From the sequence record SRR20825010_1258: a stretch of 48,857 nt of DNA, one strand, 5' to 3'. This document shows positions 28,531 to 37,596 of the stretch, piece after piece. The notes under the pieces are model-generated. The model saw only the letters and a program-made list of their open reading frames with translations, did not search any database and was not told the origin of the DNA. The position numbers were made by a program, and so were the translations under genes. The first letter of the stretch is position 1. Each line of letters starts with the position of its first letter.

Positions 28531-29471
28531 TGCCAATAGTCCCCCATACCTTCCGCAAAGCTGACTTTAGGTTTCCAGCCCAATGTGTCAAGTTGGGAAA
28601 CATCTGCTATCAGGCTTTGAGGATCGGAGTGTACGATCTCTCCATTGAAGAGCACGTTTCGGTGCGTTCCACTAGCCTTAACTAACGTTTCGGCGGCCGC
28701 TCGGATGGTTGTGCGAATTCCAGTGCCGCCATTTATTAGCATTGGGGAAGTGGAGCGGAGAGATAGTAGCGTCGTGATGATTGAGACTGCGTCGTTTATA
28801 TTGATAAAGTCGCGGGTTTCTTCACCATTTCCCTTCAGGGTGATATCAGCGCCGCGTAGAATTTTCTGAGAGATGTCCCAGAAAAGTTGTTTTCGAAGCC
28901 CTTTTCCGTATACAGAGAAAAAGCGAACAACGCTGATATCGAGACCCCAGCGCCGTGCCGCGTCAAGACAGATATCCTCGCATTGTGCTTTGTGAAAACC
29001 GTATACAGAGGCGGGTTGGCGAGGTGCTGTTTCATGAAGTTTTGGCGCATTCTGATTGCCGTAGATAGCGGCGCTTGACAGAAAGACGAGTTTTGCGTCT
29101 GGAAGTTTGCGCCGCATTACATCAGTAATTTCTGCGGTCGCCGCGACGGTACCATGAAAATCCTTCAAAGGTGCTTTTTCCGCAGCCCCCACACTTCCCA
29201 CGCCTGCAGCATGAACGATGCTATCGGGTTTACCGTAGTCGACAATCATGCGTTCAATATTCTCGGAATTTACAGAAAATGGATACCAACCTTGAAATCC
29301 GGCCGCTGTCTGCTCTGCTACAGACAGTTCTCCATGCCCTATGCCAATTACTGTATCGCCGTTCTCCATCAATTTGCGCGCCACATTACGCCCGATGAAT
29401 CCGGCTCCCCCGGTCACGAAAACCAGAGATGTCTTGTTGGAATAGGGGGTAACGCGTGAACCATTGGTCAT
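28485..29471 (-). CDS. NAD-dependent epimerase/dehydratase
   Basis: TGGAGFIG, LSSAAIYG, YGFHK, RFFSVYG, TRDFI. Start uncertain. Confidence 0.88.
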   Translation of the reverse strand: MTNGSRVTPYSNKTSLVFVTGGAGFIGRNVARKLMENGDTVIGIGHGELSVAEQTAAGFQGWYPFSVNSENIERMIVDYGKPDSIVHAAGVGSVGAAEKAPLKDFHGTVAATAEITDVMRRKLPDAKLVFLSSAAIYGNQNAPKLHETAPRQPASVYGFHKAQCEDICLDAARRWGLDISVVRFFSVYGKGLRKQLFWDISQKILRGADITLKGNGEETRDFININDAVSIITTLLSLRSTSPMLINGGTGIRTTIRAAAETLVKASGTHRNVLFNGEIVHSDPQSLIADVSQLDTLGWKPKVSFAEGMGDYWQWVTLQNSGIMPNSR

Positions 29472-29697
29472 CAAGCAGTGCTTTCGCAAGGGGCATAGGA
29501 GAGGTGCGGAATTGATGGACCTTATAGCAGTTAAGGCAACTTGCGCAGTCTACAGTTGCTATAGCGGGAATCCGAAGCAAAACCGCTTCCTTCCAGCTTG
29601 ACGAGGGCATGGTGAGCGGCATACTTGGTGCTCGCATGAATAGATCGCGATGCATGCAGACAGTCCGTCTCGTCGACGATCCAGAACTGGGTACTCC

Positions 29698-30564
29698 GTG
29701 ACGCAAGACAGCTTTCATTCAAATATTGTTGGCATACCACCGGAAGAGGCCGATACGATTATCCGGCCTCATAATTATTCCGTAAAATTGCTTCTTATCG
29801 ATCTTGTTAAACACCGCAGGATTTTTCGCAATCTTCTGATGCGGGACATCCGTCGACAGTATATCGATTTGAAACTTGGGTTTGTCTGGGTTTTTTCGCA
29901 GCCGGTCATCATGACTTTAATTTTCACACTTTTGCATCGCGGGAGTGGTGCGAAGGTTGTTACCGATATTCCCTATCCGCTCTATTTGCTTTCGGGGTTT
30001 CTTTTCTGGTTCACTTGGGCCGATGCTTGGCGGACGACAGCAAGTGCGGACAGGACCAATGCCGCACTCATTAGCAAGGTTTTCTTTCCCAGACTTTATA
30101 GTCCGCTGGCCGCGGCATGTAGTCGTGCATTGGCTTTTGGCATTTGCCTCATACCGATTTCTCTATTGATGGTTGGATTGGGCATCTATCCGACATGGAC
30201 AGTTGTGCTTCTGCCCTTCATTGTGCTGCAGGCTTTGATCCTTGCATTTTCACTGGGCCTTATATTCGCGCTCTTAGCTATGAAGAGCCGTGATTGGGAC
30301 CGTGTTCAAGGACAGGTTTTGTATTTGGGCCTCTTCGTTTCCCCGGTCATCTATTCCGTTCAAACAGTTGCAGCACCCTTGCGACCGGTCTATTTGGTTA
30401 ATCCAATGGTTGGTCTGCTCGATGCCTTTCGCGCGTCTGTCACCGGTCTTGGTAGCTTCCCATGGTGGAGCTGGGGATACTCTTGTGCCGCCACGTTGAT
30501 TTTGTTTTTGTGTGCCGTATATGCGTTCAGAAAAACAGAAGCCAGAATGTTGGACGAGTTGTAA
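29698..30564 (+). CDS. wzm: ABC-2 polysaccharide export permease Wzm
   Basis: RDIRRQY..LGFVW..QP, KVFFPR, SPVIYS, NPM, six hydrophobic segments. Start uncertain (ORF open to 29650). Confidence 0.9.
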   Translation: MTQDSFHSNIVGIPPEEADTIIRPHNYSVKLLLIDLVKHRRIFRNLLMRDIRRQYIDLKLGFVWVFSQPVIMTLIFTLLHRGSGAKVVTDIPYPLYLLSGFLFWFTWADAWRTTASADRTNAALISKVFFPRLYSPLAAACSRALAFGICLIPISLLMVGLGIYPTWTVVLLPFIVLQALILAFSLGLIFALLAMKSRDWDRVQGQVLYLGLFVSPVIYSVQTVAAPLRPVYLVNPMVGLLDAFRASVTGLGSFPWWSWGYSCAATLILFLCAVYAFRKTEARMLDEL

Positions 30565-31799
30565 TGAGTGGCAATATCCGTATCTCGGTGCATGGTCTTA
30601 GTAAGCGCTTTAGCAAGCATAGCCAATCTGATGGGAAGGGCTCTAGGGGGCTCTTTGCACGACGTCCAAAGTTGGATGATACCTTTCTTGCCCTTGATGA
30701 TTTGACTTTTGAAGTTCGCCAAGGTGATCGGATCGGAATTATTGGCCGGAATGGTGCGGGCAAATCAAGCCTGCTGAAAATTCTTTCTCGCGTCAGTATC
30801 CCAACCAAAGGCGAAGTGCGAATTAAAGGGCGATTAACAGCGTTGCTAGAGGTTGGCACGGGCTTTGACAGAAATGCCAGCGGGCGAACAAACATCTACC
30901 TCAATGCAGGCCTTCATGGTCTGAGCCGCAACGAAATAGAAAAAAAATATGATGAGATTGTAGAATTTTCCGGGGTCGGAAAGTTCATCGACATGCCGGT
31001 CAAAAACTATTCCAGTGGCATGTATGTAAGGTTAGCTTTCGCCATCGCCGCACACCTTGAACCGGAAATTTTACTGCTGGATGAAGTGCTTGCTGTTGGC
31101 GATATTGCTTTCCAGCAAAAGTGCCTAGCCAAAGTTCAGTCGTTAACGGAAGATGAGCAACGTACAATTTTGTTTGTTTCGCATAGCCTGTCACATGTTG
31201 CTCAATATTGTAACAAGGTGCTCTGGCTTGATGAGGGGCGGATAAAATTCTTCGGTGGGGTGACCGAGGGCATCGAGCTCTATTCTGATTTTATGAAACC
31301 AGAGACGAAAGTAAGCTTGGAGAAGCGCGAAGAGCGCCGTGGAACACAGGTTGCTCTGATTAAAACGGTGACAAATAGGGGCGGGGGAGACGACGGGGTT
31401 ATCCGGACCGGTGGCGATATCATATTTTCAGTCCAGTACGAGCTGGCCGAAGATGGAATTGACGACGTAACGCATATGCTGGTCAATTTGGTCATTACCG
31501 ATGAAGACGGGAAACGGATCTTCGGAACGCCAAGTGATGTGTTGAAGTTTTTTCCAGACAGGCTAGAGCGAGAAGGAGTGTTCACTTGTATCATCCGGAA
31601 CAATCCGCTGAAGCCAGGTGTCTATCACTATAATGTAGGGTTCCACATAAACCGACAGCTGGTCGATAAAGTCGTGGATGCCGGAAAAATTATTGTGTTT
31701 GATGGAGATTATTATGGCACGGGGGAGCTTCCCGCGCGATCTTTTGGCGAGGTTTGCGTGCCATATGACTGGTCTCTGGAAGACTCGAGACGCTCATAA
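30564..31799 (+). CDS. wzt: polysaccharide export ATPase Wzt with C-terminal carbohydrate-binding domain
   Basis: GRNGAGKS, YSSGM, LLDEVLAVGD, VSH; about 150 aa C-terminal beta domain with LKPGVY. TAATG coupling to wzm. Confidence 0.93.
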   Translation: MSGNIRISVHGLSKRFSKHSQSDGKGSRGLFARRPKLDDTFLALDDLTFEVRQGDRIGIIGRNGAGKSSLLKILSRVSIPTKGEVRIKGRLTALLEVGTGFDRNASGRTNIYLNAGLHGLSRNEIEKKYDEIVEFSGVGKFIDMPVKNYSSGMYVRLAFAIAAHLEPEILLLDEVLAVGDIAFQQKCLAKVQSLTEDEQRTILFVSHSLSHVAQYCNKVLWLDEGRIKFFGGVTEGIELYSDFMKPETKVSLEKREERRGTQVALIKTVTNRGGGDDGVIRTGGDIIFSVQYELAEDGIDDVTHMLVNLVITDEDGKRIFGTPSDVLKFFPDRLEREGVFTCIIRNNPLKPGVYHYNVGFHINRQLVDKVVDAGKIIVFDGDYYGTGELPARSFGEVCVPYDWSLEDSRRS

Positions 31800-31887
31800 A
31801 TTGGTAACCCTGATAAATCGCGCATTTCAAGCGGCCATCGGTTATTTGGGTGTCCAAGGACGGTTAAAGCGAACGGTAGGTAGCACT

Positions 31888-32952
31888 GTGACTAGCGACA
31901 AACCTCCGATCACAAAAAAGATAAAGACTAACTCCGTTGAGCAAGGATGGTTCGAACGCCGCTCAACCCCCGATATTATTTGGAGAAATCGTGTAGGGCG
32001 CCTGGAACTCAGGAAAGTGCCACTCGTTCTCGTGTCCCAGATTCAGCGTAGTGGTGGCACATTGCTCTCGCAGCTGTTCGATGCTCATCCCCAAATATTG
32101 GCTCACCCATCGGAATTGTACTTGGGTCAGCCAAATAAATATTTCTGGCCTGATCTGGATTTGAATGCTTCGCCCCATGATTGGTTTGAATACCTCAGGG
32201 AACCGGTTGCAGAAGTGCATGCGCTGGGTGGTTATCACAAGAACTCGCCAGCAGGAACAAAGGCAATCGGGCAGCAATTCCATCCATTTATTTTCCTGCA
32301 ATCACTTCAGCTGGAAATATTTATTAAGCTACTTGCCGATGGGCATGAGGTTTCACAACGCGATATTCTGGACGCCTACATCACTTCTTATTTTGGTGCA
32401 TGGCTCGACTATCAAGGTGCATACCGTCCAATCGAGAGCCTTAAGTTCTGGTCCGGATTTGCGCCGCGCTTGATGACAGATACAGGCAATCGGGAGCGGT
32501 TTTTTCGTGATTATCCAGATGGGTATTGGGTTGCGGTTCTTCGGGAACCTGTGTCTTGGTATGCGTCTGCCGCTGCTCACCAGCCCGCTGAATATGGGGA
32601 TTTAGAAAGCGCGGTTCAGCTTTGGAGTGATTGTTATCAAGCGGTTCTCGACGGTGCCGCCGATTGGCCAGACCGCGTTGTGGTTATTTCATTTGAAAAT
32701 CTCGTGAACGCCACCGAAGTTCAGATGATGTCGCTGAGTAAAAGGTTGGGAATTGATTTCGGACCGTCGCTTCTTCAGCCGACATTCAATGCGATACCGA
32801 TCCTCGCGGACTCATCTTTTGAAGTTGCTCAACACGGCGTATTAACCGATCCAGCAAATCGGTCAGATTTTGTCGATGAAAATGCGCAAACATATATCCG
32901 ACAGAAGACTGAAGAACTATATGCGCATGTTGCTAAATTGATCCGGAATTGA
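31888..32952 (+). CDS. PAPS-dependent sulfotransferase family protein
   Basis: 5'-PSB QRSGGTLLSQLFDAHP, 3'-PB LREPVSWYAS, ISFENLV. Start uncertain (ORF open to 31678). Confidence 0.78.
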   Translation: MTSDKPPITKKIKTNSVEQGWFERRSTPDIIWRNRVGRLELRKVPLVLVSQIQRSGGTLLSQLFDAHPQILAHPSELYLGQPNKYFWPDLDLNASPHDWFEYLREPVAEVHALGGYHKNSPAGTKAIGQQFHPFIFLQSLQLEIFIKLLADGHEVSQRDILDAYITSYFGAWLDYQGAYRPIESLKFWSGFAPRLMTDTGNRERFFRDYPDGYWVAVLREPVSWYASAAAHQPAEYGDLESAVQLWSDCYQAVLDGAADWPDRVVVISFENLVNATEVQMMSLSKRLGIDFGPSLLQPTFNAIPILADSSFEVAQHGVLTDPANRSDFVDENAQTYIRQKTEELYAHVAKLIRN

Positions 32953-32975
32953 AGTAAGTGGAGTCGTTGATCGAT

Positions 32976-34100
32976 CTACTGTTCGTTATCCGCTTCGTAT
33001 AATGGTCTGAATATTTCGCTGGTTCCGAGTGGGTCGGTATAGTCGGAATACTTCCGATAAGCTTTTTTAAACATGTCGGGAAAGTCGATCTTTTCGTAAA
33101 TGCCATCCCAGCGATTGAAGAGACTCAGCCTGTCGTCATTCATACTTTTTGTATTCGCAGCGCGAAGCAATTCAGACGGCAGTAGCAGGTGCTCAACAAA
33201 GGATTTTTCGCAGTCAGCAATTTCGTATCCTGCGTGCCAAATTTTTAGACATAGATCACTATCGGCTTTGTAAAAGCTAAACTCTTCTTCCTCTGCATAG
33301 CCAACATCTTCAAGCGCTTCTTTGTTAAACAGCCCATGGTTGACCATGAGCATTCCGCCTATCGTGTGTTGTACAAAGTAGCGAGGTTCTTCTTCATTCG
33401 GCCAATCACGGAAATAGAACGCAATTCCACCGATCTTTCTGCCCTCACTCTGCAACTGTGTGGCGTGAGATTCTGCTTCTAAAATTGCACTCGGAAGAAG
33501 AAGGCAGTCATCGCTTAGCATGAGCACCCAAGGAGACTGAGCAATACGGAACCCGATATTGATAAAATATCCCCAGCTACGTTTGCGCCTGTGCTCTGGC
33601 GCCGGACCCCGATTATGCTGGACTATAGATATTATGTCCTGTTGGTGCATCAGCCAATCGAGAGTTCCATCTGTGCTACCACCATCCACAACGATGATTT
33701 CCAACGGTTTGTCGTAGCCGTTATTCCGGATGCTTTCGATTGTCAGTTTCAAAGACGAGAGTCTGTTGTAGGTGCCCAGCACAACTGACATGCATGCTTT
33801 CGGTTCGGGTTTCCACCGATCTTTAGAGGGGCTGGGTAACCCGCCGGGGCGCTGCCGCTTGAGGCCATCTTGGATTGAAGATTTCAGAGCTCGTGAATCG
33901 GCAAGTTTCGATAGTCGTTCGGCAACGGTCTGAGCGCTTTCATTCATCAAGCTGCTTTCTTTTGGGGGCGTACTTGTCATCCAAAGACGCAGTCGTTCGG
34001 CCAATGGTAAAAGACCTGCTTTGCGAATTGCAGCTTTCGCCTTGTTGATGAGTTGTCGTTGTGAAATCGTGTTCATCGGCACTTCGACTTCATTATTCAA
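32976..34100 (-). CDS. GT2-family glycosyltransferase
   Basis: SVVLGTYNR, VDGGSTDGT, LSDD, YKADSDL. Confidence 0.88.
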   Translation of the reverse strand: MNNEVEVPMNTISQRQLINKAKAAIRKAGLLPLAERLRLWMTSTPPKESSLMNESAQTVAERLSKLADSRALKSSIQDGLKRQRPGGLPSPSKDRWKPEPKACMSVVLGTYNRLSSLKLTIESIRNNGYDKPLEIIVVDGGSTDGTLDWLMHQQDIISIVQHNRGPAPEHRRKRSWGYFINIGFRIAQSPWVLMLSDDCLLLPSAILEAESHATQLQSEGRKIGGIAFYFRDWPNEEEPRYFVQHTIGGMLMVNHGLFNKEALEDVGYAEEEEFSFYKADSDLCLKIWHAGYEIADCEKSFVEHLLLPSELLRAANTKSMNDDRLSLFNRWDGIYEKIDFPDMFKKAYRKYSDYTDPLGTSEIFRPLYEADNEQ

Positions 34101-34762
34101 TTCGCCAGACTATCGAGCGTCTTGATAGGCTTTGCTGGATTCCCAGCGGCTACAACATTTGAAGGCAGGTCTGATACAACAACGCTGCCACTAGCCACGA
34201 TTGTATTGTCACCTATCGTAACACCCTTCATCACAATGCTATTCATCCCGATCCAGCAACGTTTTCCAATGCTAACTGCAGAATTGGAGATTTCGATTTT
34301 TATGTCTGCTCTGATGCCAAGTTTCTTCTTGAAGTCGGCGACCCTTTGTGACGCATCCGTAGGATGAGTATCGTTGTCGAAAATCTGTACATTATGTGCG
34401 ATCAATGTACCTTCGCCGACAGAGATCTTGTTGGCCGCGCTCAGCAGGCTGTCATCTCCGATATAGACAAAAGCATCAATGTTTATCGCTCCTTTGAACT
34501 CGGCGCGTAGAATTCCTCGGATTACACAGCTGTTTGAAATATTGATGGCCTCTGGACCGTTCCGGTTTACAAGACGCGCACTGGTTCCTAGTTGCACGCT
34601 TTCGGCAATCTGACTTCCAGTAGAAAATTGCTTCCAGACTTTCATTATTGAAAGTGCATCAGGCAGGCTGCGGGTTAGCTTAAGAAGCTGCAGAAAGGAT
34701 GACGGCTTGCGGAAAGACGGGCCGTCCGCGAAAGCGTGGTCACTAATAAAAATTGGGGGCAT
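34097..34762 (-). CDS. left-handed beta-helix O-acyltransferase
   Basis: FDNDTHP, WIGMNSIVMKGVTIG, AGNPAK hexapeptide repeats. Confidence 0.88.
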   Translation of the reverse strand: MPPIFISDHAFADGPSFRKPSSFLQLLKLTRSLPDALSIMKVWKQFSTGSQIAESVQLGTSARLVNRNGPEAINISNSCVIRGILRAEFKGAINIDAFVYIGDDSLLSAANKISVGEGTLIAHNVQIFDNDTHPTDASQRVADFKKKLGIRADIKIEISNSAVSIGKRCWIGMNSIVMKGVTIGDNTIVASGSVVVSDLPSNVVAAGNPAKPIKTLDSLAN

Positions 34763-34782
34763 GCCGTATCCTGCTGATCATG

Positions 34783-36552
34783 TCAGGCGCTGATTTCAGT
34801 TTCGGCATCATGAATGCCGGATATCTCGGCTGGATAAACGAAAGGTTGTCCAGCGTTGAGGATGCCATCGCAAATAATATCAAGGCCTTTGTATTTTCCG
34901 GGCATTAAATCGGAAAGCGTTGCAAGTTCAATATAGAAATTTGGCCCCTTGGGCATGGGACGCAGAAAGGGAAGAGGCAGCATGCGGCGGAAAAAGAAGT
35001 GGAATGCATATTTTTTTGCGTTTTCGACCGTAAACGGATTCAGCCGATCCTTAAAAGGTAAACTATCTAGGACGTTCACATAATCGTCTCGGGATCGGAC
35101 ATCTGTGGTCAGCCCCTTGTTGCGTATCCATGCTTCGCCTGCAACGATAACGGGTATTCCCATACTTGTCAGTTCCACGCCTGTCTTGGTGCCGTAGATG
35201 ATCGCGGCATTGCACATTTTCATTGCTGCATATGTGCTGACATCACTTTCTGGGCCGATTATGTATACGTTGTCCGGTAGGTCGGGAATTGCCTTCGCTA
35301 TCTCGTCTGCCAAGAGCTGCCTGGATTTTACGGCACCACGAATTTCTGCGGGGTGAATTCGTATAAGTAGTTGCAAGTCTGGACGCCCGCGAAAATAGCG
35401 AATTGTGTCCAGTGCCCATTCCAGCATGTTTGGAAACGCATTTTGTCGATAGTGCAGTTGAGCGTCCCAAAACACATTGGTCAACATTCCAATGATTGGC
35501 TTTTCGGGGTCAATACCAGCGTGCTTGGCAAAGCTGCTAAAATCTTCATCAGGCTTGTCATGGAAGTAGATCCAATCCCGACCGCCATGCACGCGGCTGC
35601 TTAGATATTCCTCGATGCTTTTCTGCTGTTCAGCTGACCAAACCATTTCACGCCATGTATCGGTCGGTTCATCCATCAAAGTACGGTGGTAGGTGTCGTC
35701 ATGGCTGAATATAAGTGTGTTTTGGCGATAGGCGACAACCCAGTTCGCCAAATGAACATTATTGGCACGGCAGACTTCGCCTACAACACCTTGCGGAACA
35801 TATATGCCGTGATGAAAGGCGGCGTGTTGGATTTTTTCATCAGCGATCAGTTTTTTAGTGGCTATGGCTGAAAGAATGGATGCTTCCAAGTAACGCCTCG
35901 CAACTTCTACTTCCATTTCGTCGCTGGTATCCAACGTGCCCTTCGCGAAATATCTCAATGCTCCGGCTAGTGCATGTTCCCCAACTGCAAGTTCTTGCCA
36001 TTGGAATTGGGTCATACTTTCCAGATCGGCGGAAGAAGCAAGGCTTTGTGCTTCGATATGATCTGCATCGTTGAGTAATTCGCCAAGCGTGTGATGTTCG
36101 AGATCGAGCTGAGAAAAAACACTTTCCCCTCTCTTCATGCAGGGGCCACAGAGAGTTTCTTTGATAGTTCTGTTCACCAAAACTTCGGAGGCGACATTCG
36201 CCCCGATTTGCGCCCGCATGCATGCAGGCAGGGCTGCGTCGCATAAAAGCGTATGCACTTTGGCGCCACGCAAAGTCAGCGCTACAGCGAGCAGACTTTC
36301 GACAACCACAACAGGACCATGACCCCCTATATTGGGAGCAAGCAGCACGGCCGGTCCGTCTTCAGCCCGTTGCTTGGCTTCCGCCCATAATTCCGGCTCC
36401 GTCGCCAACAACTCACTCCAGTCCGGCAGGTTGTCGGGGCGTCGGAAGATTTTGTTTCCTGATGGAATTTGTTTCGAATTGATTGGTATTGGCCTTTTTG
36501 AAAGATGCGATCGAAAGATAGCTTTCATTCGTTGGAACGTGCTTTTTGGCAT
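34783..36552 (-). CDS. capsule-biosynthesis (KpsS/GT107-like) protein, putative ulosonate transferase, paralog 1
   Basis: HHGIY, TNVFWDAQ, IRIHPAE, TKTGVELTSMGIPVIVAGEAW; GT-B layout. Confidence 0.7.
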   Translation of the reverse strand: MPKSTFQRMKAIFRSHLSKRPIPINSKQIPSGNKIFRRPDNLPDWSELLATEPELWAEAKQRAEDGPAVLLAPNIGGHGPVVVVESLLAVALTLRGAKVHTLLCDAALPACMRAQIGANVASEVLVNRTIKETLCGPCMKRGESVFSQLDLEHHTLGELLNDADHIEAQSLASSADLESMTQFQWQELAVGEHALAGALRYFAKGTLDTSDEMEVEVARRYLEASILSAIATKKLIADEKIQHAAFHHGIYVPQGVVGEVCRANNVHLANWVVAYRQNTLIFSHDDTYHRTLMDEPTDTWREMVWSAEQQKSIEEYLSSRVHGGRDWIYFHDKPDEDFSSFAKHAGIDPEKPIIGMLTNVFWDAQLHYRQNAFPNMLEWALDTIRYFRGRPDLQLLIRIHPAEIRGAVKSRQLLADEIAKAIPDLPDNVYIIGPESDVSTYAAMKMCNAAIIYGTKTGVELTSMGIPVIVAGEAWIRNKGLTTDVRSRDDYVNVLDSLPFKDRLNPFTVENAKKYAFHFFFRRMLPLPFLRPMPKGPNFYIELATLSDLMPGKYKGLDIICDGILNAGQPFVYPAEISGIHDAETEISA

Positions 36553-36757
36553 TATACTTTGAACGCATTAAGTTACGAATAGTAGGGTCTCAGTGGTGCC
36601 GACCGTTATTCTTGGAAGTCGAAGCTGGTTTCGACGGGCGTATAGGGAAAAGGTATAAAAGATTTGATTCCAATGCCACTAGGCCTTTGGTTCGCTTGTG
36701 CCAGCAGGACTATTTCAGGCCAATTAAGGACAACCCCGTTTTTATGACCCGAGTTTC

Positions 36758-37528
36758 ATGACCCAGCCCCGTTCCCCTCGTGTTGTTGCCTTCATTCCGG
36801 CGCGTTCGGGTTCTGTGCGCGTGGCGCATAAGAATATACGTAGATTGAAGGACCACCCTTTAATGGCCTATTCAATTTGCGCGGCTAGGGCTTCGGGAGT
36901 CTTCGATGCTGTCATTCTGTGTACAGATTCGCAAGAATATGCCGATATCGGTCGGTATTATGGAGCCGAGGTTCCTTTTTTACGCGAGGAAAGCATATCG
37001 ACCTCATTGTCTCCAGATATCGAGTGGGTTGAGCAGGCGCTAAAAAACTTGTCTGATGCCGACCGTACTTTTGATGCATTCAGCATTCTGCGCCCCACCA
37101 GTCCATTTCGTAAAGCAAACACCATCCGTCGGGCATTTGATCGGTTCGCATCTGCAGGGCAGTCGATTGATTCCCTGCGCGCAGTCGAAAAGTGTGCTCA
37201 GCATCCGGGGAAAATGTGGGTAGTGCGCGGGGATCGTATGCTGCCATTATTGCCACTAGGGCCCGAGGATCAGCCCTATCACAGTACGCAATACGCAGCA
37301 TTACCCGCAGTTTATGTCCAGAATGCCAGCCTGGAAATCGCTTGGACCAGGGTTGTAACTGAGGGCCGGACCATAGCGGGCAATGTCCTTCTACCATTCT
37401 TTACTGAAGGAGACGAAGGGCTCGATATCAATAATTCAGAGGACTGGTGGTATGCCGAACATCTTCTGGGTGCTGGCGAAGCTAAATTGCCAGATATCGA
37501 CATGCCTCCTTTTCCTGGCAAGGTTTGA
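36758..37528 (+). CDS. neuA: acylneuraminate (CMP-ulosonate) cytidylyltransferase
   Basis: IPARSGSVRV.HKNI, CTDS, EVPFLR, LRPTSPFR, QNAS, DIN..ED. Confidence 0.92.
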   Translation: MTQPRSPRVVAFIPARSGSVRVAHKNIRRLKDHPLMAYSICAARASGVFDAVILCTDSQEYADIGRYYGAEVPFLREESISTSLSPDIEWVEQALKNLSDADRTFDAFSILRPTSPFRKANTIRRAFDRFASAGQSIDSLRAVEKCAQHPGKMWVVRGDRMLPLLPLGPEDQPYHSTQYAALPAVYVQNASLEIAWTRVVTEGRTIAGNVLLPFFTEGDEGLDINNSEDWWYAEHLLGAGEAKLPDIDMPPFPGKV

Positions 37529-37596
37529 GCCAGATCCGCAGGCATTTATCTGTGGTATTCCAATAATGAAGAGCAATTCGAGACGGGGAAACGACC

